Source of the DNA: Candidatus Bathyarchaeia archaeon
GTDB lineage: Archaea > Thermoproteota > Bathyarchaeia > 40CM-2-53-6
Direction: 5' to 3'
DNA length: 64,000 bases
NCBI GenBank assembly: GCA_049513715.1
Contig: JBEKVV010000002.1
Coordinates: 256,001 to 320,000, forward strand
Shown in pieces: positions 50,443-59,420 of the stretch. Position 1 is the stretch's first letter. Every line of letters begins with the position of its first letter. The notes below the pieces were generated by a model that was given only the letters and a program-made list of their open reading frames with translations, was not told the DNA's origin and ran no database searches. The position numbers and the translations under genes are program-made.

Positions 50443-50833
50443 TGATTTTCACGAGGTAAAACTGATGTATTGAGTTCTCTTCTTAAGGTTGACGAGAAGC
50501 AAGTAAAACGTGCGCCCAGTCCAATACGCCTGTAGGCCTACTGATGAGTGCTGGTGACCCCGAGTGAGTTCTATCATCGACCGAATTCAAGAGACGATCC
50601 TCGCACAGGAGAGCATTATCCTTGAACTCATCAAGTATGGCAGGGTAGTTGCTGCTTATGAGATATCAATCGAATGGCGTCGGAGGTAAGTCAAAAGTTT
50701 CTGGTTGAAGTTGTGAGTTTCAGGAAGAGCCGGCAACTCATAGATTTCAAATGAACTGGCGCAAAACATTTGTGAGAACTTTCAGAACGCCTTCGCGGCC
50801 TTCGACACCATTACGTAGGTCTGTAGAATTCCG

Positions 50834-51247
50834 CTAATGAAGTGTCTTGAGACTCCATTCTCCTTTCTTCAGCTTCAGGCCTTCGATGCCCATACTCCAA
50901 GAAACTTTCGCGGTTATTCGCAGGTACTTTCCAGAACCAAACATCCCTTTGCGTTCCACAACCTCCGCAGTTCCATACACCCTGATTGCTCTGGGTCTCC
51001 ACGGGTCAACGGATTGCAAATCGTCGATAGCGAGAGCCACCATGTTTTTGCCGTCTCTCACATTCTTGTATTTACGTGTCCTGAGGAAGATGTCCTGGCT
51101 GTGGCTTCCAACGTAGAAGTATTCGCCGTCGAATTCGAAGGCTACGGGAACAACGTCAGGCTGACCATCTGGGGAGACCGTCGCAAATCTACACAAGCGC
51201 TGGCCCTTCATATACTCAATCTCAAGCTGCGAAAACAAACTAGACAC
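50834..51247 (-). CDS. PPOX-class F420-dependent oxidoreductase
   Basis: RFATV..DGQPDVVPV, KYKNV, DDL.S.DPW.PR. Confidence 0.88.
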   Translation of the reverse strand: MSSLFSQLEIEYMKGQRLCRFATVSPDGQPDVVPVAFEFDGEYFYVGSHSQDIFLRTRKYKNVRDGKNMVALAIDDLQSVDPWRPRAIRVYGTAEVVERKGMFGSGKYLRITAKVSWSMGIEGLKLKKGEWSLKTLH

Positions 51248-51382
51248 CGAAAACCCGAAGGTGACGACCGAATATAAGTTGACTGAGTTGCCGGAATTTC
51301 CTGTGAGATGTTGTCAGCATAGTGCCTCCATACGATAACGCATGTCTCTTAGCTCGTTTGTACGCGTGTTGTGATCTAAACC

Positions 51383-51676
51383 TTGGCACATTGTGATAAG
51401 ATTCACGAGGAATACGATCGTTACGCTAACGCTCACGTGCAGGTGGGGCAGCTTCCGGCCTGGATGCACGTTGATGGCAAGGTTGCTTGGTATGTTTTTC
51501 AGGGCCCATACAGAAAGCTGCCCGAAGGTTGGGGCGAGTTCATGAAGAAAGCCCAAGCTTCGAACCCGGGTGGATTTGCTGGACCACCGGGGGACGTTTA
51601 TGCCTGCGACCCTCAGGACCACAAAGGCAACGAACAAAGACTGATAACGATTTTATGGGCCCCTCTAAAGCCGTGA
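51383..51676 (+). CDS. GyrI-like small-molecule-binding protein
   Basis: A...F.GPY..L..GW..F, P.DVY..DP, TILWAP. Confidence 0.75.
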   Translation: MAHCDKIHEEYDRYANAHVQVGQLPAWMHVDGKVAWYVFQGPYRKLPEGWGEFMKKAQASNPGGFAGPPGDVYACDPQDHKGNEQRLITILWAPLKP

Positions 51677-51688
51677 AATTGCCACTGA

Positions 51689-52052
51689 TGGGTGGGCACA
51701 CCCAATAGAGGGTGAACACGCCACTGCCGTTCATGGGTGCATTACACCCAAACATCGGATGCATTGCACCTTGAGGCGATGCTCGAGAAACAGTAACACG
51801 GTATAGAATTGTACAGGTCAAGGTAGGTGTCATCACCTAATTATTGGGTGACTACACCCCGCAAATATCACGCGTAACGCCTGACAGTCTACAAAAACGT
51901 GCATTAGTGCTTGGGCTCTCACCCGGGTCGCCTAATTCTGTCTGACCCTAAAGTCTTGGTGTCCGACAAAATTCATTCGGTTCCGGCAGTAAGGCCCGGC
52001 GTTCTTCTCATCTACAGAGTGCGCGCACCCCCCCGCAGGGGTGTTAGACACC
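51689..52052. repeat. Array of four pairs of GGTG-N4/5-CACC palindromes
   Basis: Dyads start at 51691/51711, 51736/51758, 51826/51847 and 52018/52040; five are perfect and three have one mismatch. Confidence 0.8.
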
Positions 52053-52184
52053 TTACCCTTCCTGACCATGTAGTTGGTCGCCGGCCACCATCTACAGGGT
52101 CGGAGTTCCCCAGCAGAAACACGGAACTGTGAGACCAAGAAAACTACAAAGAACGCCCGGATGCGAGACTGAAATACAAATTTC

Positions 52185-52735
52185 GCAGGCTCCTGATTTC
52201 CTTATCGACTTGAGTCCCGCTTCGCAATCAGCCGCACAAGGCCAGACCGCATCCTATTCCATCAATGTTGTGAGCATCAACGGTTTCAACTCAAGTCTCT
52301 CTTTCAGTTACTGGGCTGCCATCTGGAGCGAACGGCGTTTTCAGCACAAGTTCAGGAACGCCTAGCTTCCCTGCCACTCTGACGGTCACCATACCGGGCA
52401 ACACGCCGTCAGGGTCGTACACTCTCGTGGTTCATAGTACGGGCGGCGGACTTGAAAGGGCGGCCAACGCTGTGCTAACGATAACAGCGACAATCACTCA
52501 GAGTGCAACAACCACGACAGGTGGACTGATGGAAACTTTGCAGCAGAACAGTTTGATCATGATTGGTGCTCTTGCACTGTTGGTGATTGTGCTTGCTGCA
52601 CTTGCGATGAGAGGCCGATCCCAACATGTTCGGGGGCACGTCTCGCAAGCGATCGTCATTACCTCGAAGGACAAAATTCTTAGAAAACCCCTGCGAATTT
52701 ACCTCAATGCAAGAATCACTTGGGTTTGGGCATGA
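52185..52735 (+). pseudogene. C-terminal fragment of an Ig-like surface protein, frameshifted
   Basis: PDFLIDLSPASQS...GFNS, then a frame change near 52293 to SLSVTGLPSG...TPSGSYTL..., a Thr-rich linker and TM; no signal peptide or N-terminus. Confidence 0.75.
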
Positions 52736-52948
52736 AGGCATTCGCGCGGACCTTGACACAGGCCGTTTGACAATTCAGCGTCGCGCAGTGCACATCTGGT
52801 GCCAAATAGATGGCAGAGTCCGTGAGTTTCTCGATGGGCTCTTCGCCGGCGCGTATGACATCGAAGGTAACGCCGTTTGAATTAGTTACGGGGTAACCTT
52901 ATAACGAAAGGGACCTTTGAGCGTGAAGCTCCTGCATGAGGTCCAACC

Positions 52949-53338
52949 ATGGACGAACTTGGGGATATACGAGTAAAGAAGATGCGTGAACTAATGGATC
53001 AAGGGTCCACACCAAGCATTGACAAACCAATCATTGTAAGCGACCGTAATTTCGATCAGACAATCAAGAACTATCCACTCGTTGTGGTTGATTGTTGGGC
53101 TGCTTGGTGCGCGCCATGCCGGGCAATAGCACCAGTGGTCGAGCAACTCGCGAAGGAGTACAGTGGAAAGGTGGTTTTTGGCAAACTGAATGTCGACGAG
53201 AACCCTGAGACCCAACAGAAATTTGGCATAATGGCCATTCCGACGTTGCTCGTCATGAAGAATGCCAAGGAAGTTGACCGGATAGTCGGTGCCCTTCCAA
53301 AGAGCGAACTTCAGGAAAAGATAAGCGCCTACGCTTAG
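52949..53338 (+). CDS. trxA: Thioredoxin
   Basis: WAAWCAPC, LNVDEN, IPTL. Confidence 0.95.
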   Translation: MDELGDIRVKKMRELMDQGSTPSIDKPIIVSDRNFDQTIKNYPLVVVDCWAAWCAPCRAIAPVVEQLAKEYSGKVVFGKLNVDENPETQQKFGIMAIPTLLVMKNAKEVDRIVGALPKSELQEKISAYA

Positions 53339-53378
53339 TCCGGCCTTATTCTAAGACGTTAGCCACTGGTTCTTGACG

Positions 53379-53909
53379 CTAGACAGAGCGCGGCCAAGGG
53401 GCATAGGAGAACTGCGCAGGAGCGAAGTTCGGATGTGGCGGAGGGACCCCAAAGCCGTGTTTGACGCACAACGATCGCGCAAATGGGTCCGGTGTGTCTT
53501 CCTCACTCCAACCTTTCATGATGCAGTCAACCAAGTGTTTCGTTTCATGAAATATGACGTATTCAGGGTAGCGTGAGTAGGCCTCCTCAGAAACGTGAAT
53601 CGTGTACGGATCAGCTGGTGAGTAGTAGCCCTTCAAAGGGCCCGAGCTTCTGTAGATGTCCACTCGAATGGATTGGTCCAGACTGATTTCCATGTCTGAC
53701 AAAGCCAGATTGACGAGCCGGCAGGTTTCTACGTTGTGGGACCAAGAAAGGCCGTTGGAGGTTTCATGTATTACATGAGATCCGCAGCATGGGCAAAACA
53801 GCTGTTCAGCCTGACCCCCCTGTCTCGTCCCTTCGGGACCTTGATTTGAGTTCGCTGGTGTAGTTTGAAGGTAATTGTACTCGTTCTCAGGGGCGCCATT
53901 CCCAGCCAT
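53379..53909 (-). CDS. Hypothetical zincin-like (HExxH) protein
   Basis: GYY...I.V...IFHETKH...E; N-terminal CPCC. Confidence 0.65.
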   Translation of the reverse strand: MAGNGAPENEYNYLQTTPANSNQGPEGTRQGGQAEQLFCPCCGSHVIHETSNGLSWSHNVETCRLVNLALSDMEISLDQSIRVDIYRSSGPLKGYYSPADPYTIHVSEEAYSRYPEYVIFHETKHLVDCIMKGWSEEDTPDPFARSLCVKHGFGVPPPHPNFAPAQFSYAPWPRSV

Positions 53910-54150
53910 GTCTGAGGCTGCTCTGGGCGACCAGCGTCCATTCATCAGTAGTTTCTTCAAATCGCCAAACGTATTCGTTCAACTGTTACGCATTTGGATT
54001 GCTCGTATATCTGTTTTTTATCAAAATGGCATCAACGTGAACAAGAAGTGGGGGAAACAATGGACAACTGCATGGAGAAATATCATACGTAGCATCATGC
54101 ACATTAATGAGCCACCATTTCTCAAGGTCATTTTGCTAGGCGAGTTTAGA

Positions 54151-54675
54151 ATGGGAGTATTCGAGTTCGAGGGAAGGGTCCCGAAGATTTCGCCTAAAGC
54201 GTACGTTGATGAAGACGCCAGCGTCGTGGGAGATGTAACCATTGGAGTTCAATGCTATATTGGGCCGGGTGCAAGGATCCGAGGGGATTATGGTACTGTA
54301 ACCATCGGCGACAAGACCAGTATCCAAGAAAACTGTGTTCTGCACGCTCGTATCAATGAGAAATGCGAAGTAGGCAGCCACGTTCAAATCGGGCATGGGG
54401 CCCTGCTTCACAACTGCGTCGTCAAAGACTATGCCGTCGTGGGAGTTGGGGCGGTCGTAAGTGACTACGCGACCGTAGGGGTCTGGAGCATCGTAGGAGA
54501 AGGCGCCGTCGTAACAAGTGGCCAAACAGTGCCCGACGGGAAAGTGGCCGTCGGAATTCCCGCCAAAATAATCAGAGACGTCACCGATGCTGATAAGCAG
54601 CTTTGGGGCAAATACAAGGACGCGTACGCTGACTTGGCTCTAAGGTATCCCAAAGGGTTGAAGCGCATCAGCTAG
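54151..54675 (+). CDS. Gamma carbonic anhydrase family protein
   Basis: Hexapeptide repeats, RGD, QEN..LH, GH...H; ATG 54151. Confidence 0.92.
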   Translation: MGVFEFEGRVPKISPKAYVDEDASVVGDVTIGVQCYIGPGARIRGDYGTVTIGDKTSIQENCVLHARINEKCEVGSHVQIGHGALLHNCVVKDYAVVGVGAVVSDYATVGVWSIVGEGAVVTSGQTVPDGKVAVGIPAKIIRDVTDADKQLWGKYKDAYADLALRYPKGLKRIS

Positions 54676-54723
54676 CACTGACAAGGTTAATGCAAGGAGT
54701 CCCATACTACTATCTGATGGGCG

Positions 54724-56259
54724 ATGCCGAAAGAACTAATCGCCGTTTTGGATTTCGGTGGCCAATACTCACACCTCATAACCAGGCGCATCAGGGAATG
54801 CGAGGTATACTCGGAACTACTTCCATACGACATTGCCCCGAAGCATTTGTTGGAGCTTAACGCCAAAGGCATCGTTTTGTCGGGAGGCCCCTCTAGTGTC
54901 TATGATGACGGCGCTCCAAAGTGTAATTCAGAAATCTTCCAACTGGGCATCCCTGTGCTTGGCATTTGTTATGGAATGCAGTTAATGATCCAAACGCTGG
55001 GGGGCCACGTCCAAGCAACAAGACGCCGCGAATATGGAAAAACACAGCTGGAAATCAAAGACACTGCCGACCTCTTTAGAGGTATGAAGAGTCAAATCAC
55101 TTCGTGGATGAGCCACGGGGACTACGCTGACATACTGCCCGAAGGATTCGAGATAATCGGCAGCTCAGTGAACTGCCCAATCGCAGCTGTTCGTGATTCC
55201 ACCCGCAGGCTTTACGGAACTCAGTTTCATCCAGAGGTTGCCCATACAGAGAATGGGATTCAGATCATAAGGAATTTCGCTAGCACCATAAGCAACTGCG
55301 CACCAAACTGGAACCCCAAATCAATCATCGAAACCTCAACTCAACAAATACGCTCGGAAGTTGGCGAAGATGAGGTTCTTTCTGCGGTGAGCGGAGGTGT
55401 AGATTCAACTACAGCGGCTGTTCTAATCCAAAGGGCCCTCGGAGGCAAACTGACCTGCGTCTTTGTGAACCACGGCTTGCTGAGAAAGAATGAGGAAGAA
55501 CGAGTTCTCAAAGCGCTGAGGGATTTGAAACTGAACGTTCATTATGTTGACGCTTCCGAGCAGTTCCTAGGAAGGTTAAGAGGCGTAGTCGACCCCGAGC
55601 AGAAGAGGAAGATCATTGGTGAAGAATTCATCAGGGTCTTTGATGAGGAAAGTTCCAATGTTGGACGCTTCAAGTACCTCGCCCAGGGCACATTATACCC
55701 TGATGTGATTGAGAGCGCGGGTACAGGGAGTCCCGCTTCACGCATCAAAACGCACCACAATGTGGGCGGTATACCGGAATGGTCAAAATTCAAAATTGTT
55801 GAGCCACTCAGATTTCTCTACAAAGATGAAGTCCGAAGGATAGCAAAAGAGCTTGGTTTACCAGATTTTATCGTGAAAACCCACCCGTTTCCAGGCCCAG
55901 GGCTGGCTGTTCGAATTGTGGGCGAGGTGACGAAAGAGAAGTTGCGCATATGCAGAGATGCCAGCGCAATAGTTGAGGACGTTCTAAGGCAGCGCGGCCT
56001 CTATGATTCTGTTTGGCAAGCTTTTGCGACAGTTGGGGATGACAGGGCTGTTGGTGTTCTTGGGGATCAAAGAAACCTAGGCTACATGGTCACGGTCCGA
56101 GTCATCGAATCCTTGGACGGTATGACTGCGGACTGGGCAAGGCTTCCAGATGACGTGCTGGAGGAAATCAGTAACCGCATAACTGGAGAGGTTCCCGGGG
56201 TCACGTGGGTTAGCTACGCGGTGACATCCAAACCACCATCCACAATAGAGCCTTGCTAA
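54724..56259 (+). CDS. guaA: GMP synthase (fused glutaminase + synthetase)
   Basis: LDFGGQY, GICYGMQ, FHPEV, SGGVDS, KTHHN, PFPGPGL. Confidence 0.98.
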   Translation: MPKELIAVLDFGGQYSHLITRRIRECEVYSELLPYDIAPKHLLELNAKGIVLSGGPSSVYDDGAPKCNSEIFQLGIPVLGICYGMQLMIQTLGGHVQATRRREYGKTQLEIKDTADLFRGMKSQITSWMSHGDYADILPEGFEIIGSSVNCPIAAVRDSTRRLYGTQFHPEVAHTENGIQIIRNFASTISNCAPNWNPKSIIETSTQQIRSEVGEDEVLSAVSGGVDSTTAAVLIQRALGGKLTCVFVNHGLLRKNEEERVLKALRDLKLNVHYVDASEQFLGRLRGVVDPEQKRKIIGEEFIRVFDEESSNVGRFKYLAQGTLYPDVIESAGTGSPASRIKTHHNVGGIPEWSKFKIVEPLRFLYKDEVRRIAKELGLPDFIVKTHPFPGPGLAVRIVGEVTKEKLRICRDASAIVEDVLRQRGLYDSVWQAFATVGDDRAVGVLGDQRNLGYMVTVRVIESLDGMTADWARLPDDVLEEISNRITGEVPGVTWVSYAVTSKPPSTIEPC

Positions 56260-56652
56260 CGCACCCTCCGCGCACGCCTGAGTCGGCGTTTCAATGTGTG
56301 GTGTAGTTTTGTGGGGACAACGTGTTACTTTGGTTAGTGATTGTGGTTTGGAAGGAGATGGGAAGCTGGAGCTTTGGGCTGTTTTAGGTTGCTTGCCCAA
56401 TAAAGTGTGAAGGGGGCAATTGCTTGAGTCGTAGCTGTCTGCGACACCGATGACTCGCTTAATCTCAGAGGCCGGTGGAGGTGGAGAAAGGTCGTTTCTG
56501 TGCCGGACTAGGCAACTGAGGAATCCGAACGCGTTTCGTTTCTCGCGTTAGCTTTCGCCCATGTAGAATTGCCTGGGAAGAAATGGATGCCAAACTAGGG
56601 GTGGCCGTTGGCTCACGGAAAAGAGAGGATTTTGAAGGCTTACTTGAGGCTT

Positions 56653-57000
56653 CTACTTGGGTTTGAAGGAGTGCCCGCAACCGCATGTCTCTGTTGCGTT
56701 GGGGTTGTTGACTTGAAACCCTTCACCCATCACGGACTCAACGTAATCCACTTCGGATCCGTCTAGGTAGGGCGCGCTTTGTTCATCCACGAGTACTTGG
56801 ACACCATGAGCTTCGATGACGCGGTCGCCCTCGTTCTTTTGGTCGAATGCGAGGCCATATTGGAAACCACTGCAGCCGCCCCCAGAAACGTAGAGGCGTA
56901 GTCCTGCGTCCTTCTTGCCTTGTTTCTCCATGGCGGCCTTCACTTTCTCTGCGGCTTTGTCCGTCAGCGAAATCTTGAGCGTACTTGGTGATTGCAGCAT
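56653..57000 (-). CDS. A-type Fe-S carrier (IscA/ErpA/HesB)
   Basis: GGCSGFQY, CGCGHSF. Confidence 0.95.
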   Translation of the reverse strand: MLQSPSTLKISLTDKAAEKVKAAMEKQGKKDAGLRLYVSGGGCSGFQYGLAFDQKNEGDRVIEAHGVQVLVDEQSAPYLDGSEVDYVESVMGEGFQVNNPNATETCGCGHSFKPK

Positions 57001-57115
57001 CTTATGGCACTAGCTCGCCGTTATGACTTATGGATTATTTAAGTTTGGGCTAACCAAAATCGGAGGCAAAGACCCACGCATAAAAGCCTACGGCGGAGAG
57101 TAGTCAACAGAGGGG

Positions 57116-58261
57116 TTGACGCTGACTCAGACGCTCGGGTTCGTTTATAGCGACTCGTTCCAGCAATATGATTTCGGCCCCACGCACCCATTGAAACCCA
57201 CACGGCTGAAGCTAACTTACGAGCTGATGAGAGAAACCAAACTGCTCGAAAACCCCAACATTAAGGTGAGTGAGCCCCGTGCAGCCAATCGCGATGAACT
57301 ACTCCTCTTTCATGATGAAGAATACCTGAAACTCGTCGAACGCATGAGCAAAGCAGGAACGGGTTTTCTCGACATGGGCGATACGCCCGCATTCAAGGGC
57401 TGTTATGAGGCTTCAGCACTTGCCACAGGAGCAACCTTGACGGCCATAGATTTGGTCATGTCTGGAAAAGCCACGCACGCCATGAATATCGCAGGAGGCT
57501 TGCACCACGCCCACCCCGGCCGCGCTTCAGGGTTTTGCATTTTCAACGACCCCGCCGTTGGCATAGCATACTTGGAGAAGAAGTACTCAACCGAGAGGGT
57601 TCTCTACTTGGACGTGGACGCCCACCACGGAGACGGCGTAATGTATGGGTTCTACGCTGACGAGGGCGTCTTGGACGTCGACTTTCATGAGGATGGCCAC
57701 CACTTGTTTCCCGGCACCGGGTTCATTCATGAGATCGGTGAAGGGCCCGCCTCAGGGATCAAGGTCAACATTCCTCTTCCACCTTTCACCGGTGACGAGA
57801 TGTACTTGCGATTGTTTCGAGAAATTGTCCCAACCGCAGTGAGGCGGTTTCGACCACAAGTGTTGCTGTGTCAATTTGGCGTTGATTCCCACGCAAACGA
57901 TCTCCTCGCCCACCTGCAGCTAACGAGCAAGGCGTATCGCGAAATAGCTAGGACTGTACATGATTTGGCTCATGAAGTAGCCGAAGGGCGCCTTGTAGTC
58001 GTCGGGGGAGGCGGATACAACGTTGCCAACGTGGCACGGACATGGGCTCTTGTTGCCGCAACGCTCGCCGACCTCAACATCCCAGAGTCAGTTCCCGCGA
58101 ATTGGCAGAAGATGTTTGAGGCCATGATCGGAGAAAAGGCTCCGAGCACAATCGGAAGCGAGCACGAGGCCAGAGAAGCGCTGTCAGGAAACATTCCGCA
58201 GAACCACGCAGTCGAAATACTACGGGACCTGAGAAAGAGGCTGCCGTTGCTCGCGGCTTGA
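57116..58261 (+). CDS. acuC: AcuC / histone deacetylase family protein
   Basis: HPLKP.R, GGLHHA, GFC, DVDAHHGDG, FPGTG, GGGGY. Confidence 0.92.
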   Translation: MTLTQTLGFVYSDSFQQYDFGPTHPLKPTRLKLTYELMRETKLLENPNIKVSEPRAANRDELLLFHDEEYLKLVERMSKAGTGFLDMGDTPAFKGCYEASALATGATLTAIDLVMSGKATHAMNIAGGLHHAHPGRASGFCIFNDPAVGIAYLEKKYSTERVLYLDVDAHHGDGVMYGFYADEGVLDVDFHEDGHHLFPGTGFIHEIGEGPASGIKVNIPLPPFTGDEMYLRLFREIVPTAVRRFRPQVLLCQFGVDSHANDLLAHLQLTSKAYREIARTVHDLAHEVAEGRLVVVGGGGYNVANVARTWALVAATLADLNIPESVPANWQKMFEAMIGEKAPSTIGSEHEAREALSGNIPQNHAVEILRDLRKRLPLLAA

Positions 58262-58275
58262 GCCGCATTCAGCAA

Positions 58276-59181
58276 CTATGCCGAATTTTGGGCAGTGGCC
58301 TCTCGGGGGTTGAATACGCCTGTTAGGAGATCTTTCTGCACACGCAAATAATCATCCGGGGTGCCCACGTCCGCCCAGTACCCTTCATGCTTGAAACCGC
58401 GAATAGTTCCTTCGCGCATTAACTTGGGGAACACGTCCGATTCCAATGACACTCTTCGTCCCTTTGGAATCTTTGCGAAGATTGAGGGGCGCACAACGTA
58501 GATGCCCGCACTCACCCATGACTCCCCCGCTAATTGTTTGCGGGGCTTTTCAATGAAACTCACAACTCGATTCTCAGAGTCCAATTCTACTGCGCTGAAC
58601 CTGGCGGGGGTTGTCGATTTTGCAAGGACGATCGTCGCCAGAGCCTCAGACTTTTTGTGTGCGTAGATTAGTTTGTCCAGATCCAATCCAGAAAATATCA
58701 CGTCGCCGTTCAGTGTCAAGAAATCAGAGCCGATCATTGCCTCGGCGTTCTTGATTGCCCCTCCAGTGTCAAGAGGTTCTTTTTCGAAACTGTAACGTAG
58801 GCGAATGCCGAGCTTGTGTTCATCTAGGTAGCGTACTATCTGCTCCTGAAGGAATCCTATGGCTAAAATGATCCGGTCGAATTCGTAACGCTTCAAGTAT
58901 TCGATCTGGTACTCCAACAATGGCTGGTAGCCTATCGGGAGCAGTGGTTTTGGTGTGGAGAAGGTTGTTGGCTTCACGCGGGGCTCAAGACCGCCGCAGA
59001 GAATTAGCGCCGTTCTTTCTGGGCGGAATTGTTCCATCCCAAGCTTAAGGAGGAACTCCGCTGTCTGAGAGCGGTTAGTGAACCGGGTGCCATCGACTAG
59101 CAGGTCTATCTTATGCATCAATGACGGGTCGAGCGTCATACTGAAACGGCGTTTCATGGCTACTGGAGTATTACTGGACAT
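58276..59181 (-). CDS. Ribbon-helix-helix + sugar-phosphate nucleotidyltransferase fusion
   Basis: KRRFSMTLD...ID...NRS RHH; LCGGLEPR..P, PKPL, NGD, EKP, WADVGT. Confidence 0.85.
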   Translation of the reverse strand: MSSNTPVAMKRRFSMTLDPSLMHKIDLLVDGTRFTNRSQTAEFLLKLGMEQFRPERTALILCGGLEPRVKPTTFSTPKPLLPIGYQPLLEYQIEYLKRYEFDRIILAIGFLQEQIVRYLDEHKLGIRLRYSFEKEPLDTGGAIKNAEAMIGSDFLTLNGDVIFSGLDLDKLIYAHKKSEALATIVLAKSTTPARFSAVELDSENRVVSFIEKPRKQLAGESWVSAGIYVVRPSIFAKIPKGRRVSLESDVFPKLMREGTIRGFKHEGYWADVGTPDDYLRVQKDLLTGVFNPREATAQNSA

Positions 59182-59224
59182 CCTTTAATTGTATTACGGT
59201 ATTCTACTAACCGTGGTGGCAACA

Positions 59225-59377
59225 TTGGCGGAAACATGCCCAGCCTGTGGAAGCAGAGAGAAAACGTTCGAACAGAGAGACACCTCGGAGATACGCTTAG
59301 AATACGTATACGCCTTCGAAGAAGTCGCTCTACTAAGATGCACCAACTGCCAGAGCCTATGGTGGGATTACAGCTAA
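59225..59377 (+). CDS. Small CPxCG zinc-finger protein
   Basis: CPACGS...CTNC. Confidence 0.65.
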   Translation: MAETCPACGSREKTFEQRDTSEIRLEYVYAFEEVALLRCTNCQSLWWDYS

Positions 59378-59420
59378 CTTCCAGTACCTGCTGGACACCA
59401 TTCCCCGACGTGTCTTCGCT

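Noticed and set aside
50541..50570. Hammerhead ribozyme core (CTGATGAG)
   Set aside because: No GAAA partner or supporting stems.
51930..52049. Integron attC site (GCCTAAT...GTTAGAC) near a GyrI-like gene
   Set aside because: The R boxes resemble the consensus, but no complementary L''/L' boxes exist at the required spacing and no IntI is present.
51689..52052. CRISPR array
   Set aside because: Units are 12-13 bp with variable centres and irregular gaps; there are no 25-40 bp identical repeats and no cas genes.
53875..54150. N-terminal extension of the gamma carbonic anhydrase
   Set aside because: It overlaps the divergent gene; family similarity begins at ATG 54151.
56260..56650. G/T-rich intergenic stretch as ncRNA or mobile-element end
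   Set aside because: No recognisable motif, repeat or convincing ORF by eye.
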